Positions 17,953-27,025 of a stretch of DNA of 43,505 nucleotides are shown here, piece by piece (the stretch's first letter is position 1; every line of letters begins with the position of its first letter). Made by a program: the position numbers and the translations under genes. The stretch covers positions 1 to 43,505 of the forward strand of contig JAJRRR010000266.1 in the NCBI GenBank assembly GCA_024279285.1, written 5' to 3'. The DNA comes from Planctomycetota bacterium. GTDB taxonomy: Bacteria > Planctomycetota > Planctomycetia > Pirellulales > S012-138. The notes under the pieces were generated by a model that was not told the origin of the DNA, did no database searches, and worked only from the letters and a program-made list of their open reading frames with translations.

Positions 17953-18371
17953 GCCAACTCCCCTTTTCGCGCGAACACCTGGAAGCCTATCTGGATGAAG
18001 CCTTGGCCCCAGAAGAAATGGCCTGCGTGGAGCAGACCCTGCGCACTCATCCTCAACTTCGGCAGGAGTTGGCCGCTATTGTGGCCTCGCGCGATCGGGG
18101 TGTGCACACCTTGGGAGCCATCTGGCGACGCAATCGCATCACTTGTCCCTCACGCCAGCAGCTCCAGTTGTATCTGGAGCAGAAGCTGGAAGAGCCCTGG
18201 GCCCAATATGTAAAGTTCCACCTCCAAATGATTGGCTGCCGATACTGTCAGGCCAACTTGGAAGACTTGAAGACTAAGGACTCGTCTGCTTTGGAAGCTC
18301 AGGAGCGTCGGCGGCGTTTTTTCCACACCAGTGTGGGTCACTTGTCGGCTTCCGGCCCGGATTCATCTTGA
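17949..18371 (+). CDS. Soluble putative anti-sigma factor with tandem zf-HC2/ZAS-like modules
   Basis: ATGA overlap with sigma; LEAYLDEAL..E...VE module, then CP...L..YL....HLQMIGCRYC; no TM. Confidence 0.75.
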   Translation: MSQLPFSREHLEAYLDEALAPEEMACVEQTLRTHPQLRQELAAIVASRDRGVHTLGAIWRRNRITCPSRQQLQLYLEQKLEEPWAQYVKFHLQMIGCRYCQANLEDLKTKDSSALEAQERRRRFFHTSVGHLSASGPDSS

Positions 18372-19360
18372 AGGCGAACCAACACGCGACCTTGCACTCC
18401 TCCGCTTAAGATTTCTTCAACAGCCTGGGAGAGTTGATCCAGGGTAAGCTCTCGCTGGGCGATTTGTTCCAGCCCTCGGGGTTTCCACGATCCGGCCAGG
18501 CGGCTCCACAGTTGCAACCTCACGGTGTAGGGACATCCGGCCGAATCCACCCCCAACAAGCCCACTCCTCGTAAGATAAACGGGTACACTCCCAAGGGCA
18601 CCTCCACCCCGGCCACCAGTCCACAGGCGGCCACGGCCCCTTGGGGCTTTAGGGATCGGACGATCACTCCCAGGGGCTCTCCGCCCAAGGTGTCCACGGC
18701 AGCCGCCCAACGGCCTGACAAAAGCGGCTTGTCCCCGGGGGCTTGAAGCACTTGGCGCGGGAGCACTTCTTGGGCCCCCAGTTGGTGGAGGAACTCTTGG
18801 GCCTGAGGCTTGCCCGTCACGGCGCTTACGGCAAACCCTTGTTGGGCCAGCAGAGCCACGGCCAGCGAACCGACCCCACCGGAGGCTCCCGTGACCAACA
18901 CCGGTCCTTGTTCCGGCTGCACACCCCAGTCCAGGAGTTTTTGCAAGGCCAGTGCGGCGGTGAATCCGGCTGTGCCCAGGATCATGCTTTCCCGAAGCGA
19001 AAGCCCCTGCGGAAGCGGCACCACCCACTGGTGAGGCACACGGACCCGTTGAGCCCAACCGCCCCAGTGCCCCCCTCCCAATTCGTATCCGGTGATGAGC
19101 ACCTGCTGACCTGGACGCAAGCGCTCATACTGGCTCTCCACCACGGTTCCCGCCGCATCTATACCCGGCACATGAGGAAAGCGGCGAACAATGCCCGGAT
19201 GCCCTTTGGCGGCCAAGGCATCCTTGTAGTTAAGCGAACTCCAGTGGACCCGAATCAACACATCCCCCTGGCCCAAATCTTGCTCGCTCACCAGCTCCAC
19301 TTGGTGGCTGACTTCTCCGTCCTGCTTACGAACTACAAAGGCCCGAATCTCCTGGCTCAT
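18338..19360 (-). CDS. acuI: YhdH/YhfP family MDR oxidoreductase (acryloyl-CoA reductase AcuI-like)
   Basis: SSLNYKDALA, PHVPGIDAAGTV, GTAGFTAAL, VTGASGGVGS, PFILRGV.LLGVDS. Confidence 0.88.
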   Translation of the reverse strand: MSQEIRAFVVRKQDGEVSHQVELVSEQDLGQGDVLIRVHWSSLNYKDALAAKGHPGIVRRFPHVPGIDAAGTVVESQYERLRPGQQVLITGYELGGGHWGGWAQRVRVPHQWVVPLPQGLSLRESMILGTAGFTAALALQKLLDWGVQPEQGPVLVTGASGGVGSLAVALLAQQGFAVSAVTGKPQAQEFLHQLGAQEVLPRQVLQAPGDKPLLSGRWAAAVDTLGGEPLGVIVRSLKPQGAVAACGLVAGVEVPLGVYPFILRGVGLLGVDSAGCPYTVRLQLWSRLAGSWKPRGLEQIAQRELTLDQLSQAVEEILSGGVQGRVLVRLQDESGPEADK

Positions 19361-19469
19361 CACTCCGTCTCCTGGCCTGGGATTTGCAAATAAGCCGCTG
19401 GGCCAAGACGAGCTGCCGATTCTTCAGGCACCCAGGTAGCCATTGTCACGCCGCCGGAAGGTGCTGGTC

Positions 19470-19480
19470 ATTGTACCACA
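19470..19480 (-). promoter_or_regulatory. Extended -10 element upstream of the acuI-like gene
   Basis: TGTG-G-TACAAT on - strand about 110 nt upstream of the start; no good -35. Confidence 0.45.
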
Positions 19481-19776
19481 CCGGCCAGGGGGCGTGCTTG
19501 CATATTCCGGGCGTTTCTGACAGAGGCGGTTTTTCGAACTCTGTCGGGGGCAAAGGTGGTGCTAGCAACTCCAGCGGGGGTTTTTGCAAGCCGCTCCAGT
19601 AGGAGAACCGACACTCAACAAAGGGCCCTCGGGCCCCAAGGCGCCTTTGGCCAACGGAGAGTTGACTCCGACCACTAGGAGAAAGTCCTTGCCCAAGCCA
19701 ATCTGAGTTTGCTCCCTTTGAGGCCCCTTCGGTACGGTTTCCTTCGGGCCCGCACACACTCATTGGGGAAAAAGCC

Positions 19777-21075
19777 ATGTTGTATGGCAACCTTGTTCTT
19801 TCCAGGCGAGAGGTTTTGGGATTGATGATGGGAGCTATTGCCCTGGCAGGGTGTCAGCGGCGTCAGTTGCCACCCAAGCAGGAACCCCTTTACCGTCTGC
19901 CACACCTCAAACAAGCCCGACACCAGCCACTGGTCCAACAATATCGCCGACTGCTCAAGCAACGGATGTTGCTGTGGCACCTGGGCGATCCCCCAGCCAG
20001 CCCGGACGAAAATGCTGCTTTGATCCTTCGGAATCTTTTCGGCCCGGATGATGCTCAATCGCTGGCACAAGCTCTGGCTTCATTCTTCCCACCCGAGCGA
20101 CTCTGGAATGATCCGCTCCGCCAGGAACAAGTGCGTTCCATCGTGGACAAGCACCAGGAAGCCCTGGCTCAAGTGCACCGGGCTTTGGAGCTTCCCCTGG
20201 CGGTGTTTCCCATTGACTATGCCAAAGGCTTGGAAGCTGATTTGCGGTTTCTTTACCAGGTGCAAGCCGCTTTGCGGTTGGAGGTGCTGGCAGGTTTGAA
20301 AGCTGCGTGGCAAGACAACCTGGACGAAGCCACCCAACATATGGTCCACGCTCTCCATCTGGCCCGAGCCTTGCAAGGCCATCGCCATCCGGTGGTGCGG
20401 ATTCAGGCGGCGTTGTTGCGCAACGAAGCCTTGCAAGGGCTGCAATCCCTCTTGGTCCGGCATCGGCTCAGCACGGCTCAGTTGGGCCAGGTGTTGGGAG
20501 AGCTTCATCGGGCCCAAGCCGCTTTGCCAGAGGATCACCATGCCTGGATCGTAGATCGGGCATTAGGATTGCACTTCTACGAGTATCTCTACGCCCAACG
20601 GTGGGAGGATGTCATCACTGGTGAAGATCGCCAACGACTGGGCAACGAACTGGCACACAAACTCCGTTTTGCCCCTAGGCACATGCTGGAAAAAGACGAA
20701 GCCTACTATCTGGAAGAGATGGAAGACTTGATTGCTCTGGCTCAGCGTCCCTATTGGAAGCGTCGGGATTTTTTGAGTCATTTGGAGAGACGGCTTCGGG
20801 TCAAGACCCCGGAGCACCCGGCCGCCTGCGTGCTGCTGTTGCCGGATGTACTCTTGGGAATGAAGCAACAAGCTTTGGATCGGGCCCGACTGGCCGCCTG
20901 GACCCTGGCCCTGGAGCGTGCGTTGGGCCAACAAGGACCGGTGCCTTTGTCAGAGCTGACGGGTAAGTCATATCGGGTATCTCAGGGGAAAGATCGGGTG
21001 GTGGTCTGGGGCACAGGAGCCTTGCCCGGGGAGCCGGAAGTGCCTGTGCTCGTCCCTCGGCCCGAAACCCCATAA
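19777..21075 (+). CDS. Putative Tat-exported lipoprotein, alpha-helical hypothetical
   Basis: SRREVLGLMMGAIALAG|C (twin arginine plus lipobox); 432-aa ORF. Confidence 0.7.
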   Translation: MLYGNLVLSRREVLGLMMGAIALAGCQRRQLPPKQEPLYRLPHLKQARHQPLVQQYRRLLKQRMLLWHLGDPPASPDENAALILRNLFGPDDAQSLAQALASFFPPERLWNDPLRQEQVRSIVDKHQEALAQVHRALELPLAVFPIDYAKGLEADLRFLYQVQAALRLEVLAGLKAAWQDNLDEATQHMVHALHLARALQGHRHPVVRIQAALLRNEALQGLQSLLVRHRLSTAQLGQVLGELHRAQAALPEDHHAWIVDRALGLHFYEYLYAQRWEDVITGEDRQRLGNELAHKLRFAPRHMLEKDEAYYLEEMEDLIALAQRPYWKRRDFLSHLERRLRVKTPEHPAACVLLLPDVLLGMKQQALDRARLAAWTLALERALGQQGPVPLSELTGKSYRVSQGKDRVVVWGTGALPGEPEVPVLVPRPETP

Positions 21076-21088
21076 ATAACCTTCCGGC

Positions 21089-22189
21089 TCAAGCAGCGAC
21101 TTTTTCCCGAGGCGCTCCTTGAGCTGGGAGCACAATGCAGCCGGCCACCTCTCCGCCGCAGCGGCGCAGGAGTCGTTGGGCCATTTGGGCATCGGCTCGG
21201 GCACTCTCTTCCAAGCTCAACACCAATAGCACCTGGCCCATCTCGGCCAAAGTTTCCCAACATTCGGACTCCTCCACCGGAGGTCCTACAACCAACACCC
21301 AGTCAAACTCTTTACGCCACTGGCCTAGAAGCTGAACCAGGCGGGAACGAACTCCGGCTTGCAAAGAGGACCAAGGGAGTTTGCCAGGAGGGAGCCATTG
21401 CACGCCCGGGTAAACCCCTGGACGCAAAAGCCGGCGCCAGTGATGTTGATCTTGGGCCAGAAGCTCGGTCAGCCCTGGTCCGGGTGACAGGGTGCTGGTT
21501 TGAGCAAAAACGAGCAGAACTTGCTTGCCTTGGGCTGCGGCAGCCCCTGCCAGCCCTTGGGCCAACTGGCCAAGCCCTTGCTCAGCCGGGGGCACAGGAC
21601 ACAAAGCTACCACTTGGGCAAGCCTGGATCCAAGCCGACACTGCAAGTCCTGGTAAAGCTCCTTGTAAAACTCCGGCACGCATTTAGCCCGATCCCTTGC
21701 TCCAACTGGTGTTTTCGAAGGCGGATCGGAGGCGAAATCCTCATTGGCTCCCTGCCCCTGCGCGTGCTCCAACGGTGAAGCCCCCTGCTGCGAAACCAAA
21801 GAAGCCGAAGGCTTTCGCTCGCTCTGCTCAGATTCAAAAGAGTGCTCGGAAGCGTCGTCAAAACGAAGCTGCGTCCAGTGGGGTCCGGAGGCCCCGTGTG
21901 AGTTGTCCCGGCGGAGCTTACGCTGGGATGGGGACTCCGGAACCTGAATGCCAGGGCCAATGGTCCATTGCGCCGCCCATTGCCGCTTCCAGTCCATCAG
22001 CCCTACGGGCAGCCGCCATACTTCCTGCCAAGGAGTGTGTGCTTCCGCAGTTTGCCTGCTCAGATGCAGTGGCAGCCGGGGGACCGGCAGAAAACAACTC
22101 ACCTGCAAGGACACACATCCCCTGTGTACCAGTTCCCAGGTCTTTTGCTTTGATCCCATGTGGTTGCCGGATTCACGAGAAGCTGGCAT
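21089..22189 (-). CDS. Degenerate CpsD/CapB (BY-kinase)-like P-loop protein with disordered N-terminus
   Basis: C-terminal pattern VVAL...GKQVLLV..PGLTELL..LPPG..FDWVLVVGPP..VLLVL..VAGCIV follows BY-kinase topology; start at 22189 after GAGG SD. Confidence 0.65.
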   Translation of the reverse strand: MPASRESGNHMGSKQKTWELVHRGCVSLQVSCFLPVPRLPLHLSRQTAEAHTPWQEVWRLPVGLMDWKRQWAAQWTIGPGIQVPESPSQRKLRRDNSHGASGPHWTQLRFDDASEHSFESEQSERKPSASLVSQQGASPLEHAQGQGANEDFASDPPSKTPVGARDRAKCVPEFYKELYQDLQCRLGSRLAQVVALCPVPPAEQGLGQLAQGLAGAAAAQGKQVLLVFAQTSTLSPGPGLTELLAQDQHHWRRLLRPGVYPGVQWLPPGKLPWSSLQAGVRSRLVQLLGQWRKEFDWVLVVGPPVEESECWETLAEMGQVLLVLSLEESARADAQMAQRLLRRCGGEVAGCIVLPAQGAPREKVAA

Positions 22190-22205
22190 AGTGCCCTCGT
22201 CCCCT

Positions 22206-24356
22206 TTAGCTTTGTTGCGGACCGTGCAACTGACGAAATGCCTCGGGCCACTGCTGTCGCGGCACCACTTCCACATCCTGCTCTGCCGACGCGGTTGCCG
22301 GTTCCTCGGATTCGGTTTGTCCTTCCTCCTCAATGAGCAACACGCCTTCTCCAGCAGATACTTCTACGGCAGAAGCTGGCAAGTTCTGCTCCTCGGGAGC
22401 TTGGACTGCCAAGTCAGGTCCTTCTGCCGAATCGGGTTGGTGCGTCCCCGAAAGGCCCTGTGGCTGCGAAGACTCTGCTTGGGAAGCAGAGATCAGCGGA
22501 GCATAAGGATCCACCACCACTTCCACCCGATCCGGATGCACTTGTACCTGGATTTCCTCTCCTGGTGAAGCCGCCTCAGGTGGCTCCAACTTGAGCCGGA
22601 CCGGCTCCGTCGGTTCTTTGGCGATGGTTCGCCCCGAAGCGGTTCGTTGCGACAAGCCCTCAGAAGAAGCGTCTTCCGGCGATTCATCGCAGTGCAGCAG
22701 TTCGGACGCTGCGGAGACTGTTTGAGTGCGCGGGTGATCTTGAGCAGACGGAGTTGACAGCGATTGGGCATCCAGGGCTGCGTAGAGATCCTCTATGGTT
22801 TCCTCTTCGAACTGGGCACTTGCCGAACCAACTTGTGCATCTGCCGAAGGAGCATCCGTTTGAGTTTCTTGCTGAGCTTGTTCCAGGATTGTTTGCCAAT
22901 TGCGATCCAATTGGTGCAAGGTTTGCCGGATGTCCAGCTCATGCCGTACAAACGGCTCTGCCGGTTCTTCGGTTTCAGGGTGCTCTTGCTGGGCGGAGGT
23001 TGCCACGGCAGCCTCCCCCTGCTCTGACGCTTCTTCCGAAGTCAACGCTTCTTCTGAAGCCAAAGGTCCTGGCTCCGAGGTGCCAAAGACCACGGAAGCT
23101 GTGGCTTCTTGTCCCTGGGGTGAGATGTGTTCTGGCTGCTGAGCCTCCGGCGCACGGATAGCTCCCGTTTCGGAAGATTCGGCTTCCTTTTCGGTTTCTT
23201 GTTCTGCGGATTCCCCAGTGAGATGCTGTTCAGGCTGCTGCTGGGAATCGGGAAGGGCTTGCTTTCCCTGGGGGTCTTCAGCTTTCCGGGCCGGAGAATC
23301 CGAAAGCCTCAAGGAAGTATCCTGTTGGGAAGCTGCTTGCTCCGGTGCCGAAGAATCTTCTGCCTGTTGGGCAGGTTGGGACGAGTTGGGCGTTTGGTCC
23401 TCCTGGCTGGAAGACTCAGACTCTCCTGCCGTCGAGGGGGAAGTGGTTGTGGTTTCTGGCAGAGGGTCGTCCAAGGTGCCAAATTCCACCACCGCTCCGG
23501 CGCTTTCTGGCGAGGGGTTTTCCGGGCTCGGCTCCGTCCAAGCCGAAGGGAGTTGTTGAAGTTGGGCCCAAGCTTCGTGGATCAGAGCACCCGTCACTGG
23601 CCGCACCCGACGCGAATAAGCCAACACCAAAGCGTGGTCGCACACCTGGTTGATCAGCCGCGGCACCCCGTCAGTGAGCCGAAACACTGCCTCGTAGGCA
23701 TCGGGAGCAAACACCTGGGTGGCCTGGCCGCCAGAGACGGCCAGCTCAAACCGTATGTAGTCAGCCGTCTCGGCTTTGTCAAAGCTTTCCAAGTAGCAGC
23801 GAACAGCTAGACGCTGATTCAAAGACTCCAACTCCGGGCCACTGAGACTCTCTTCCAGCCGGAGCGTTCCGGCCAACACCAATCGCACCACAGGCTCGTT
23901 GTGCCGAACCACATTGGTCAGCATCCGCAACTGATCCAGCAGGAAGGGATCCAAGCCATGGGCTTCGTCCACCAGCAGGGCCAAGCCGCGATGGAAGCGT
24001 TCTTCCCGGGTGAGCTTTCTTCTCAAAAGGAGTTGCAGCCGGGCTTCGTCTTCGGGAAGCTGTTCTTCGCCCAGGGCTTCCAGGAGAGTTTGGAACAGTT
24101 CCTTGCGGGAGCGGATCAGGCCGTGGCTCAAGAGCACCGAAGGCACTTGTTGAGGCAACTGCTCTGCCAGCACTAGCAGCAGCAGGGTTTTGCCCAACCC
24201 GGGGCCACCGATCACCACTGCTGGTCCCTCACCTCGCTGAATACAGCGCAGCAAATCGGCTCGGGCGGCGTCAATGGCCGTGCCCGGGAAATACCGCTTC
24301 GGCACTGGCACGGAGGGAAACGGACGCTGGGAAAGTCCAAAGAAGCTCTCGTACAT
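22206..24356 (-). CDS. ExeA/GspA-like AAA ATPase with long acidic low-complexity tail
   Basis: MYESFFGL...PF, Walker A GGPGLGKT, Walker B LLVDEAH, LRMLTN, SLNQRL, GVPRLINQVCDHAL. Confidence 0.9.
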   Translation of the reverse strand: MYESFFGLSQRPFPSVPVPKRYFPGTAIDAARADLLRCIQRGEGPAVVIGGPGLGKTLLLLVLAEQLPQQVPSVLLSHGLIRSRKELFQTLLEALGEEQLPEDEARLQLLLRRKLTREERFHRGLALLVDEAHGLDPFLLDQLRMLTNVVRHNEPVVRLVLAGTLRLEESLSGPELESLNQRLAVRCYLESFDKAETADYIRFELAVSGGQATQVFAPDAYEAVFRLTDGVPRLINQVCDHALVLAYSRRVRPVTGALIHEAWAQLQQLPSAWTEPSPENPSPESAGAVVEFGTLDDPLPETTTTSPSTAGESESSSQEDQTPNSSQPAQQAEDSSAPEQAASQQDTSLRLSDSPARKAEDPQGKQALPDSQQQPEQHLTGESAEQETEKEAESSETGAIRAPEAQQPEHISPQGQEATASVVFGTSEPGPLASEEALTSEEASEQGEAAVATSAQQEHPETEEPAEPFVRHELDIRQTLHQLDRNWQTILEQAQQETQTDAPSADAQVGSASAQFEEETIEDLYAALDAQSLSTPSAQDHPRTQTVSAASELLHCDESPEDASSEGLSQRTASGRTIAKEPTEPVRLKLEPPEAASPGEEIQVQVHPDRVEVVVDPYAPLISASQAESSQPQGLSGTHQPDSAEGPDLAVQAPEEQNLPASAVEVSAGEGVLLIEEEGQTESEEPATASAEQDVEVVPRQQWPEAFRQLHGPQQS

Positions 24357-24537
24357 GGCCGCTACGACCTGCCTGGGATGTCAAGGGAAAGTTGTTGCCC
24401 AATCTGCTCGGGGCCTCTCAGCCGGCGGCAAGCCCCAGCCGGGGGATGGGGCCCTTCTGATCGCTACAATCGGCACACGGCATGCAATCGCTTCAATTGA
24501 AAAACTTTTCCTGGCTTGTCAGACCCAATGGCCTCGG

Positions 24538-26019
24538 CTACCACACTCCCGCTGCCGTCATCCGGACCAGACAAGCCAGAGCCAGCAACGGGTCGTGACG
24601 GAGCAATTGGGCAAATTGCTGCTGACCTACTGTGGCTACAACCACCCAAAGGACCAAAACCACCAGTAGGGCTTCGGCTCCTCGTTGGATCCAGAACAGC
24701 CGTTGTCGCAGTCGTTGCACCGGCCCTGGCAAGTAAGGGAAGCACTGGGCCCGAATGGCCGGAACGCCCAAAGATTGAGCCACTTCGTCCGCCGTGGCAA
24801 ACGCCCTCTGAGCACGGCGTCCCAGCCCAAGGGCTCCCAAGGCCACCGTGGCGCCCAATATCGCCAAAGCTCCCAAGAGCCCATTGCGACGATTGGCAAT
24901 CCACTGTGGAGTGCCCAGGCTCTGGATCACTTGAAAGTTCTCAGGCCGATCCAGCAGGAGCAAATACTGCCACAGTTGGGCTTCCTGCTGAGCTGCTTGG
25001 ATGTACTGTTGGGTCAGGTTGCTCAATCGGTCCTGAAACTGACGAAGCTGAGCCAGATGCTCCCGCAGCAGAGTAGATGTAGTGGCGGAGGTGGTCTGTT
25101 GGGAAGCTTTGTGGACCATGGTGCGTCCTGCCTGACGAAGCGATTGAGCAAGTTGGGCTCGGAGCCGGGCCAACTGTTGCAACAGGAGTTTACGCTCCGG
25201 GTGCAATGGGGTAAGCCGCACAGCCAATTGGGCATCTTGGGCCTCCAACTGGGCAATCCGACGACGGAGTTGCTCAATGGTATCTGTGGGCGGAGTCTTG
25301 ACCGGGCCTTGGAAACCGGAAGACGAATCAGGGTGGCCCTGAGGACCTTGGGCCTGCTTGGCACTCTGGACGGGCCAGCGCCAATAAGCCACCGCAGCCA
25401 CGGAATCGGATTCTCCCAAAACCCCCTTCAACCACCGCCGAAACTCCTCCTCGGCACGCAGCAGGCTTTGCCATCGCTGCTGGCTGTGATGGTGTGCCGC
25501 CATCCAGCGTTGAAACACGCCTTGACGCACTTGGGCCAAAGTGCGTTGGGAGGTTCGCCGAAGCCAGGATTCAATTTGAGCTGCAGCAGTGCGGGGTCGG
25601 CGCACCACGAGCTGGACACTCACCTGAGCCGCAGTGGCTTGATAGGTGAACACGGCTTGGGCAGGAACTTCCTCCAAGCCCAGCAAACTGGCCGCCTGAC
25701 GACGCTGCTGCACCGATTGGGCTTCCCAACGCCAGTGATTCTGGGAAAGTGCCCGTGACTGGCTGGCCTCCATGCCCAAATGCACCAGGAAAGCTTTTCC
25801 CAGCTCTTGCCGAGTTTGTTGATCCAGCCAAGGAGGCAAAGGAGCGCGAAGACTGACTGCCCCCTGCACCCTCACGCCCGTGGCCCAAGTACCACCCAAC
25901 ACCATCCCCCAGAGCACCACTCCGGCACCCAGCACCACGGCCAAATAAAAACTTGGCACAAGGGCTGGACTGCTCTGAGGAGGTGTAAGGGAACTGGAGG
26001 ATGCCGTGCGCTTGTTCAT
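24538..26019 (-). CDS. Wzc/GumC-like polysaccharide co-polymerase (chain-length determinant-like) membrane protein
   Basis: TM1, coiled coil with LTPLHPE, TM2, then FATADEVAQSLGVPAI motif and a third TM; start at MNKRT (26019) is uncertain. Confidence 0.6.
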   Translation of the reverse strand: MNKRTASSSSLTPPQSSPALVPSFYLAVVLGAGVVLWGMVLGGTWATGVRVQGAVSLRAPLPPWLDQQTRQELGKAFLVHLGMEASQSRALSQNHWRWEAQSVQQRRQAASLLGLEEVPAQAVFTYQATAAQVSVQLVVRRPRTAAAQIESWLRRTSQRTLAQVRQGVFQRWMAAHHHSQQRWQSLLRAEEEFRRWLKGVLGESDSVAAVAYWRWPVQSAKQAQGPQGHPDSSSGFQGPVKTPPTDTIEQLRRRIAQLEAQDAQLAVRLTPLHPERKLLLQQLARLRAQLAQSLRQAGRTMVHKASQQTTSATTSTLLREHLAQLRQFQDRLSNLTQQYIQAAQQEAQLWQYLLLLDRPENFQVIQSLGTPQWIANRRNGLLGALAILGATVALGALGLGRRAQRAFATADEVAQSLGVPAIRAQCFPYLPGPVQRLRQRLFWIQRGAEALLVVLVLWVVVATVGQQQFAQLLRHDPLLALACLVRMTAAGVW

Positions 26020-26173
26020 CGGAGCAAACTCAGCTCTGTACTTTTTAACAACAAGGACTAAGGGCTTCGACCAAGCCGGTTTACTGACAAATTGCCCTCG
26101 GAGTTGCAAGAGCACTTTGCAGGACGCATGCTGGAAAACTGCTAGCGAACCCGAATCGTGAAGGAGCGCCGTT

Positions 26174-27025
26174 ATGCCCCTTGCCGTGTTTACTAAAAGC
26201 TTTCAGGATTGGTCGCTGGAGGAGGTGTGTCGTCGGTTTCGGTCCTTGGGGGTGGATGGGCTGGATTTGACGGTTCGCCCAGGTGGCCACATCCATCCCA
26301 AAGACGCACCGGAGCTGGTACCGCAAGCAGTGCTGGTGGCCCATCACCACCACTTGCGCGTGCTCATGTTGACCACTTCCATTACCCAAGCCGACCGCCA
26401 AGCCCAAAAACTTCTGGAAGTAGCCGCCCAAGAGGGCATCACGCACATCAAACTGGGCTACTATCGCTACATTGGGCTGGGACATCTCAAACGCCACATG
26501 GACCAGGTGCGACGCCACCTGGAACGCATCGTCAAAATGGCTCGTCCCTTGGGAGTGCTCCCTTGCGTGCACATTCACTCAGGGCCTTACATTCCATCGC
26601 ACGGAACCATGCTCTATGAGCTTATCAAGGACTTTTCTCCCCAGGAGCTGGGAGCCTATGTGGACATGCTGCACATGGTGTTGGAAGGCGGAGGAGCCGG
26701 ATGGCGTCAGGGACTGGAGCTGTTGGGCCCTTGGATTGCTCTGGTGGGAGTGAAGAACTTTCGTTGGGAACCGGGCCGGCGGGACCGTTGGGGACAGTTG
26801 CGATGGCACACTCGCAATTGTCCCTTGGCCGACGGAGTCAGTCCCATCCCGGATTTCGTCGCCACCTTAAAGCGCTTGGGCTTCCAGGGTATCTATTCCC
26901 TCCACAGCGAATACAAAGGAGCTCATAGCTTTCGCAACCTCTCCACCCAAGAGTGTCTGGAACAGACTGCCCGGGATTTGAAGTTCTTCCGTCCCTTGCT
27001 GGAACAAGAGGAAAAAAGCCACTAA
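26174..27025 (+). CDS. Sugar phosphate isomerase/epimerase (xylose isomerase-like TIM barrel)
   Basis: FTK, DGLDLTVRPGGHI, HIHSG, D..H...EGG, VKNF, SLHSEY; AAGGAG SD. Confidence 0.88.
   Translation: MPLAVFTKSFQDWSLEEVCRRFRSLGVDGLDLTVRPGGHIHPKDAPELVPQAVLVAHHHHLRVLMLTTSITQADRQAQKLLEVAAQEGITHIKLGYYRYIGLGHLKRHMDQVRRHLERIVKMARPLGVLPCVHIHSGPYIPSHGTMLYELIKDFSPQELGAYVDMLHMVLEGGGAGWRQGLELLGPWIALVGVKNFRWEPGRRDRWGQLRWHTRNCPLADGVSPIPDFVATLKRLGFQGIYSLHSEYKGAHSFRNLSTQECLEQTARDLKFFRPLLEQEEKSH

Noticed and set aside
19384-19790. Small ORFs, tRNA, tmRNA or RNase P RNA in the acuI-lipoprotein spacer
   Set aside because: No T-loop/D-loop, tmRNA end or RNase P P4 signature recognised; the ORFs lack motifs
24463-24500. 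Sigma54-like (CGGCAC-N5-ATGCA, + strand) or sigma28-like (GCCGAT, - strand) promoter near the ExeA-like gene
   Set aside because: The sigma54-like match points antisense with no downstream gene; the sigma28-like match has non-canonical -35 spacing
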